A stretch of 44,932 nucleotides of DNA from Octopus bimaculoides (taxonomy: Eukaryota): NCBI RefSeq assembly GCF_001194135.2, contig NC_068990.1, forward strand, positions 85,265,939-85,310,870. The letters are read 5' to 3'. The notes below the pieces were generated by a model. That model had not been told where the DNA came from, did not search any database, and saw only the letters and a list, made by a program, of their open reading frames with translations. A program made the position numbers and the translations under genes. Below are positions 36,990-44,932 of this stretch, piece after piece; the first letter of the stretch is position 1; each line of letters starts with the position of its first letter.

Positions 36990-37950
36990 TTTCTTTTTGT
37001 ATCTTCATATCAGAAACATATTTTTGTTTGGAACAATAAAGGAGGATAAAGAGAACAATTCAGTACTAAATTTCAACACCCAAAACAATATTAACACGAC
37101 TCCATTTCTAGACGTAAACATTCCGGTTATAAACAATGGATACATTTCGTCAGTTTATACGAAAGACGCTAATACATATATTAACAAAGAGATGGCAAAT
37201 TCCCTCAAAGTTTCGGTGCTGGAACTAATGCCATACGAAAGTATTTAGGTTTTCTTTCACAACCGAAACCCAAGACAAAAATATTCACACAATCAAACAC
37301 ACCACTGAGCAACAGATATTCAAAAAGACTTAAGGATCAAGCTACTCGTGAATATAGAGAGAAACACAATGCAACAAATGCTAAAAATACCGTTATTAAG
37401 CATCACATGCTCTATATGAATGAAATATATAGAAAACATGAACACATAATCAAAATTCTCATAAAACGAAACGCAGAATGCGTCCCACGCAACCAGAAAC
37501 TGTCATTATTGTTACAAAATAATATCAAAGACATAATATCAACAACAGACAAAAAGCGTATAAACTCATGTAATTTATAAATTTTCTTGTAAATGCTAAA
37601 GTTGCAAATTTCACAGTTACAACTATTTTATTAGCCATACAAGTACAACACTTTCTTGTAGGCACACTATACACTTAAAAAAAAGAGCAAGCGCAACACA
37701 TTACATCAAGCACAATTAAACAAATCTAGACGGAAAAACATTAACAGATAATATATGTATACTTTATAGAACTCTCTACAGAGACTGATGATTGATTACG
37801 GAAGTAATGATCATGTAGTAACACTAAGCTACTATTAATAGCACGCTAACAACACACATGGGTCACAAAGAAGATAGATTCGTCACTGGTGATGTGTAGC
37901 TCTAACGGCCAAAATAAGAATCCTATTACGTGAAACTCTAACGATCACAA
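36990..37950 (+). pseudogene. Penelope-like element: RT C-terminus plus GIY-YIG endonuclease, decayed
   Basis: ENNSVLNFNT....TPFLDVNI......SSVYTK (Penelope RT end) and HVIYKFSCKC*SC....FISHTSTTLSCR..IH (GIY-YIG). Confidence 0.75.
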
Positions 37951-38201
37951 TATGGAGCTTTAGCACTCTAACAACTAAATTCTGGCTGTAAAATCTACAT
38001 AAACACAATTCTGACTATGAGGTCTGCATAAACAGAAGCTGGTTACTTAAAAAAAAGAAAAAAGGGAGCAGTTGAAAAGCCAACACCATTTCATATGAAT
38101 TTTGAGGCTGAGAAATTAATTGTTCCAAAAAAACTATGAAAGTTATGATACGCAGAGCAAGATACGCAGATACAACAAGAACCCTAATAACCTTGTCTTC
38201 A

Positions 38202-38243
<42 letters not shown>

Positions 38244-38789
38244 NNNNNNNNNNNNNNNNNNNNNNNNNNNNNNNNNNNNNNNNNNNNNNNNNNNNNNNNN
38301 NNNNNNNNNNNNNNNNNNNNNNNNNNNNNNNNNNNNNNNNNNNNNNNNNNNNNNNNNNNNNNNNNNNNNNNNNNNNNNNNNNNNNNNNNNNNNNNNNNNN
38401 NNNNNNNNNNNNNNNNNNNNNNNNNNNNNNNNNNNNNNNNNNNNNNNNNNNNNNNNNNNNNNNNNNNNNNNNNNNNNNNNNNNNNNNNNNNNNNNNNNNN
38501 NNNNNNNNNNNNNNNNNNNNNNNNNNNNNNNNNNNNNNNNNNNNNNNNNNNNNNNNNNNNNNNNNNNNNNNNNNNNNNNNNNNNNNNNNNNNNNNNNNAT
38601 ATATATATATATATGTATGTATGTATATATGTATGTATGTATGTATGCATGTTTGTATGTATGCATGTATGTATGTATGTACGTATGTATGCATGTATGT
38701 ATACACACGTACACGCACATACGGTAAGTATAAAATGATCTACTGGTTTTCTAAAAGCCTTCAGTGTGAAACTTTAAGCAGATAAAAAT

Positions 38790-40120
38790 AGATTATGGTA
38801 TTCTCTTTCCTCAACGAAAAATGTAGGAGACATTTCTGACTTGTTTCACCATTCTTTGGATACCCACCAGACAACAAAAAGAAGAGAAGAACACTCACAC
38901 ACACACAGACTGTTAATTCAATATCGTATGAACCATGTTGTTGGAATATTTTCTGCAATGACATAGTACTCACAGTGAGATTGGTGAGAATAGTGTCTGA
39001 GATATTTGGAGCGACTTAGTGCTTAACCATTAACTCTTGGACTGTTTTAATTCTTTTGTTTGATATAGGAAAACAGTATTCAAAGATGGGACCAAATATT
39101 ATAGAACTGATGGCTAATAGCATCTGGTTATCTATACAGCATAATTCTTAAAGTTGAAGGACACATTTTGCAAGCTATTTCTACTTTATTGTTGACGTGG
39201 GCGCTCCAGTCTAGGATGTTGTCGTCAGTTAAGTCTAAGTCTTTGATATTAATTGAAGCCATGTGAGGTTTTCCTGGAGGAAGAGAAAATGCTTTATGTA
39301 AACCTCATTTGCAGAAAGGATGAACTCAATGTTTTCATCGTTTAGCAGGGTTTTTTTTTCGTCTATTGGATTACGACGCAAAGATCAGATTGTCAGGTTC
39401 CCTACAATGTTAATGAATTTTGAAGCTTGGAGTCATTAATAAGTAGACCCAAGATAATATATTGGGGACGCCACTATCGGTTTTTGTTTGTCTTGTGCAA
39501 ACTCAGTCAAAGAGAACATGTCAAGTTCTGTTTCATCGGAAACACTTCACCGCAGTACATTTTCATGAATTCAAAGGTTTTTTTTGCAGTCAAGGTATGA
39601 CATTTGTGTTAAAGCTTTCTACCAAAGCATGCAAAATGTGATTTAAATAGCACAGAAGTTCTAGTAAAGCAGAATCTGTTAATTAAACGACATGATGTTT
39701 TGGATTTAGGAGATTGTTGCTCTGCAAGAGATCAGATATCCATGATGTCGTCAAATGTCCTCTCAATTTCTGTAATGGCATAAAAGGTAAATGAGATCAG
39801 ATGGTAATTTACTACAAATAGCTTATTTTCCTTTTAGAAAAATTGATGATTGTCAGTGAAATGTTAATTTATTTTTGTTTGAAATGTGAAGGGTTTGTTA
39901 AATTGATGGGGTTTGTTAAAGTATTAAATGGCAATTGTGTCTTCAAGTAGTTTCCAAGAGACTTCGACGTCTTGGCAAGTGAGCGCGAAAGACCAGTTGA
40001 TAAGCGGTAGGTGATATATAATTGCACCCAAGTTTGTTTTCCGCAAATCTATGTCATAAAATGGATGTGTTCAGAGAGTGCTTGGCTTAATTTTTAGGTA
40101 TTGAAAAACTGAGGTACAGA
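38790..40120 (-). pseudogene. CR1-like LINE ORF2 reverse transcriptase, decayed
   Basis: Minus-strand motifs in order: NYHLISFT, RKAF-like, SGVP...ILG, IFA(DD), IKDL..TDDNILDWSAHVNNKV. Confidence 0.8.
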
Positions 40121-40716
40121 GTAGCATGGTATGGTCTGAAAGAAAAGTTTTTCTTGTTTTCAGCTTTAACANNNNNNNNNNNNNNNNNNNNNNNNNNNNN
40201 NNNNNNNNNNNNNNNNNNNNNNNNNNNNNNNNNNNNNNNNNNNNNNNNNNNNNNNNNNNNNNNNNNNNNNNNNNNNNNNNNNNNNNNNNNNNNNNNNNNN
40301 NNNNNNNNNNNNNNNNNNNNNNNNNNNNNNNNNNNNNNNNNNNNNNNNNNNNNNNNNNNNNNNNNNNNNNNNNNNNNNNNNNNNNNNNNNNNNNNNNNNN
40401 NNNNNNNNNNNNNNNNNNNNNNNNNNNNNNNNNNNNNNNNNNNNNNNNNNNNNNNNNNNNNNNNNNNNNNNNNNNNNNNNNNNNNNNNNNNNNNNNNNNN
40501 NNNNNNNNNNNNNNNNNNNNNNNNNNNNNNNNNNNNNNNNNNNNNNNNNNNNNNNNNNNNNNNNNNNNNNNNNNNNNNNNNNNNNNNNNNNNNNNNNNNN
40601 NNNNNNNNNNNNNNNNNNNNNNNNNNNNNNNNNNNNNNNNNNNNNNNNNNNNNNNNNNNNNNNNNNNNNNNNNNNNNNNNNNNNNNNNNNNNNNNNNNNN
40701 NNNNNNNNNNNNNNNN

Positions 40717-40762
<46 letters not shown>

Positions 40763-41086
40763 GCACATACACACATATATATGTACTCGCTCACGTGTAC
40801 AGACATACTCAAGATGGCTCACGTGTTCCCTGACCATTAAATATGCAAAAGAATTTTGTGAAGACACTGTATATTTATGTGTTTGCAAAAATTCGTGTTT
40901 ACATATATGCACTGGTCGTCATACCGTCTGTGTGTCGCTTCTGAATGGAATTAAACATCCCACATAACATATTCTTGTGTCTATTTTTCTTTCTCTTTAT
41001 GCCTTTCCTTCGGTGTATCTAACTTCTTCCTGTACAGTTTATTTCCAGATGCCAAGATTGAAAATTTCATTATATATAACATAACG

Positions 41087-41118
<32 letters not shown>

Positions 41119-41331
41119 CATACATACATCTATATTCTATGCATATTGCATATGTGTGTGTGTGTGTGTGTGCATGTGCGTGTGTATGTATATATACATA
41201 ATATTTAATAATAATTTAATAGAAAATAAAATAAAATTTATTATTACTCACCAATAATGAATGATATTGATTTAAGACGATGATAATGAAAATAATGAAG
41301 GTAATGACTGCACCTTACCTTCATTTTTATC

Positions 41332-42075
41332 TCATTGGAAAGAGTTCTGAGTGTAAAGTGCCTTCAAGGCATGGATCACGCCGTGATTAATAGGCTGGAT
41401 GGGGGAGGGGGTTTTAGCAGGGAGCATCCGGAAGACAGGCAACAGGTTTTTATTCTTATTTTTTAAGGCCCTCGGGTTCGCAGACTTGTAGATAAGTCCT
41501 GGTTTCATCGTGAAGCCAACAGCATTATCACACATAATTAGCGTCACTCTATCCTTCTGTGCCTTAAATCGTGGGGCCCTGACTTCATCCTTCATGATGT
41601 ACGTTCTGGAAGGGATCTTCTTCCAGAACAAGTTAGTCTAGTCCATAATGAAAATCTGTTCCGGCTTGTATCCCTTGTCCTCGATGATCTGCATGAAGGT
41701 CTCAAGGTACTTCTCGGTGGCTTCTTTGTCGGCTGATGCTGTCTCTCCATGCAGGGAAACACCCTTTATTTTAAACCATTTCTGGAAACGTTCAAAATAT
41801 CCCTTGCTGGCTTGAAAATCTTTAGCTCTGATGCTGTCAATGGTCTTGGTTGCGGTTCTTCGACGCCTTCTGCTCCGTCTCCTCTATCGAACTGCTGGTA
41901 TAATTTCCGCACTTTCTCGCGGATGATGTTACCACTCAAGGGAATGTTTATCTCCTTGCACTTACTGATCGACTGCAACATAACTTTTACCTTCCTGGAG
42001 CATATCCATCACTTGACCTTCTTGGTTAGGTTCACTGCCAGAAACCTTAGAAGGTCTACGGCGTTTGGGTGGCAT
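41332..42075 (-). pseudogene. Tigger/pogo transposase, internally deleted
   Basis: MPPKRRRPSKVSGSEP; DMLQEGKSYVAV; IPLSGNIIREKVRKLY; FQASKGYFERFQK; VSLHGETASADKEA; YKPEQIFIMD*TNLFWKKIPSRTYI; KAQKDRVTL; IQPINHGVIHALKALY. Confidence 0.92.
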
Positions 42076-42137
42076 CTTAGGGCTTTAATAACATGCTGCG
42101 AAAAACATAACACTCAACAAAACACTCGCGTTATTTA

Positions 42138-42241
42138 CAGTATCCATTCGGCATCTACACGTGTTTCAACTGCAGCGACTGTAGATTGTTGGATATGCAG
42201 TTGAAACACGTGTTGATCCCGAAAAGATGCCGCAATAACTG
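42138..42241. repeat. Hairpin upstream of the Tigger ORF
   Basis: Perfect 18-bp IR ACACGTGTTTCAACTGCA (42157-42174) / 42196-42213, plus CGGCATCT/AGATGCCG and CAGT/ACTG. Confidence 0.85.
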
Positions 42242-42497
42242 TTAAATAAAATTATGGATGTGAAAAATCTCCGTTCTCCTTATCATTATTAATACTATTA
42301 CTTACCCTACGGAACATATGAAGTCTTGAGCAGTTAACACGGATTTACCATGCGAAAAAAGTTGCCAGAGCCTAAGAACTTATTGTTAACTTGAGTACCA
42401 CATAATCACCGTTCTGGTTAAACGTCATCTGAATATCTGTATGCAATGTAAAATCTGATACAGGGGAACATACGGAATAGGAGGAAAATGCATGTAC

Positions 42498-42531
<34 letters not shown>

Positions 42532-42841
42532 NNNNNNNNNNNNNNNNNNNNNNNNNNNNNNNNNNNNNNNNNNNNNNNNNNNNNNNNNNNNNNNNNNNNN
42601 NNNNNNNNNNNNNNNNNNNNNNNNNNNNNNNNNNNNNNNNNNNNNNNNNNNNNNNNNNNNNNNNNNNCATGTATATATATATATATATATATATACATAC
42701 ATATATATATATATATGCATGTATATGTATGTATGTATATATATATATATATGATATATATACACATACACACACGTATATATACATATATTTTTATACA
42801 CATATTTTTATATATCTTATATGTATGTAAGCATATATCTC

Positions 42842-42899
<58 letters not shown>

Positions 42900-44163
42900 C
42901 CTTCATCTTCAGAAAAATATGGTGTTCTTATAAGTAGTTAAATCACTATCAGAGAAAATAGTGGAATCGAATCTGCTAGTTCTACATTCCTGCTATTAAT
43001 GGTAGTTAATTATTCTCCAAGCCTTGTGTCAATAGTAATTAAACTTTCTAGAACTTTCTGAGACTTGTCATTCTTATCAGTATTCTTATATAAAAATATA
43101 GACATTGTAAGTCTTGTCTACCGTCTCAATCAACCAATAAAAAGTCAAAGTCCTCTCCTGAAAACTAACTCGAAGAAGAGGCTATGAGAATATTATCATT
43201 CCAAGTACTTCCTATTACAATTCCTTGTTTAAGATTTGAGACTGTTTATCATCCGCAAACCTACTTTACAATATCTTCCAAGGAAATGATACCACGCCTA
43301 ATTGAAGAATTCATGACGAAAGAATGCGCTGATTTATTGTTTTCGTTTTTACTCTATTCTTAATATCTTCATTTCCGTTTGCTTAATCTTCTTCTCAGCC
43401 AAATTCAGAATAAATATATAACAAAATCCATGATAAACTATCACGTTCTTATCACTTGGTACACTTTCAGAAACAACAGAAATGTTAATTTAAAATGATA
43501 TAACCAACAATTGATACAAACGATAAATGTCTTGCTCAAGGATTTGTTCTTTCATACATACGGTCATTTTAAAAATGTCTAGAAGTTTACCAAATAACAG
43601 TTGTTTTTTTCTTGTTGCTACTGTTGCTGTTTAGTCCCAGGTAAGCCCTGTTGAAGTTTAACTACAATAAAATATTCATGTTTATCTTGTCTTTCTCAGT
43701 GTATCTTTCATTTACTCTGGTTTGTGAAATATTTGGCTGCTATTTTTTGCAGGGCACACAACAGAATTTGCATCCAAAGTGCAGAGGCATAGAAAGAAGA
43801 TTTGAAGTCAAGTCAGCAGTTGAGATTTGACGATGAGAAATGAATCTACATCGGTGAAAAAGTGACATGATATGTTAAAAGAGAAATTCGTGTTGTTATG
43901 CACATTTTCTGTCTTTATACAATACGAATGCTGTTCCACTGTCTGTAGGATCAACGAAACAAGTACTTAATCTAGTGAGAGATAAGTATTATTTAATAGA
44001 CATAGGGTTTACATGTGAGCTACTGTAAGTTTCATGCTTAGATAGTACAGTAATTGAATGGGCTCGTATAGCATGTCGTGTACCATCCTGCAATCGTTCA
44101 TGTACGCACACATACGTGCATGCATGCATACATACATACATACATACATACATACATACATAC

Positions 44164-44480
44164 CAATCTTGAGAAATTAGGCTTCTCAAAACCAGAAAGG
44201 AGAAAGCTGATTCGAAAACTACAGATCCAATCCATCATTGGAACTGTGGAAAGTCTCTAAAACTTTCCAGAAGTTTAGCATTTAAGTATATATAAGCATG
44301 TTTAGATATGTAGCTATATGCATGAGAAGATTAACATAAAACAAAACATACGAATCTGCACGTATACATACATACATACATAAGAAAGTACCCTGCTGTT
44401 GAAGTCAAAATTTAATTGAAGGAACCTTGAATCTAGGTTAGAAACCAGCTCTTTCTCTATTGGTAAAAAAATCTTGAAAT
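44164..44480 (+). mobile_element. 5'-truncated R4/Dong-like retrotransposon, second family
   Basis: NLEKLGFSKPERRKLIRKLQIQSIIGTV...KTFQKF (last part frameshifted) resembles a restriction-like-endonuclease LINE C-terminus. It is followed by a 3' UTR and starts directly after a (CATA)n array. Confidence 0.55.
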
Positions 44481-44689
44481 ACATGATTGCAAAGCCATGT
44501 CGTCTAACCACATAGCAGCATCTGCACGCTTCTGCATTCATAACTTATTCATTCTCTAAATGGAAGTGTGTGAACAGTTGGACAAAATATACGAATAAAT
44601 ATGAATATTCAAAATTGCTTAGTTGGCTCTGGTGCTAAGCAGGTCATGTTCAGTCTTATATACAATAGTCTGCGTGTTTGGATTGCTCA

Positions 44690-44932
44690 AGCTCTCTCTC
44701 CCTCCCCCCTCTCTCTCTATCTCTCTCTCTCTATCTCTCTCTCTTTCTCTCTCTCTCTTTCTCTCTCTCTCTTTCTCTCTCTCTCTTTCTCTCTCTCTCA
44801 TTCTTTCTCTCCATATATGTATATATGCGCGTGTGTGTGTGTGTGTGTGTGCTTACATATATATATAATATATATAAATATATATACATATATATATATA
44901 TATGTATATAAAAATGTATATATATATATATA
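44690..44932. repeat. (CT)n, (TG)n and (TA)n microsatellites
   Basis: Direct reading. Confidence 0.95.

Noticed and set aside
37780-37825. Hammerhead at CTGATGA 37783
   Set aside because: A hairpin follows but there is no GAAAC/NUH. The CTGATGA hits at about 5385, 13417, 27533, 34022 and 36653 are likewise incidental or coding.

Overview
Eukaryotic, AT-rich, repeat-dense draft scaffold with many N gaps, most of them next to microsatellites. From my recollection of these repeat families, the SINE, LINE and MITE inventory looks like an octopus (coleoid cephalopod) genome. That is an inference, not a database result. Almost every ORF in the supplied track is microsatellite or gap read-through. 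What the sequence supports: (1) many tRNA-derived SINE copies of several families, including a six-copy tandem array; (2) decayed LINEs of the RTE/BovB, CR1-like, R4/Dong and Penelope-like groups; (3) decayed DNA transposons (Tc1 DD34E, mariner, Tigger/pogo, a piggyBac-type MITE); (4) a probable first coding exon of a minus-strand host gene encoding a signal peptide (18810-18660), plus a weaker candidate exon at 30839-30713. The most interesting signals are a minimal type I hammerhead ribozyme (10042-10089), a gap-free 59-bp hairpin whose transition mismatches are all G-U compatible on one strand (32882-33009), a mariner fold-back element, two R4/Dong-type fragments sitting in different microsatellites, and a SINE-LINE chimera. 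I found no prokaryote-type system such as CRISPR. Repeat boundaries were read by eye and are approximate to within about 10-20 bp unless stated as exact.
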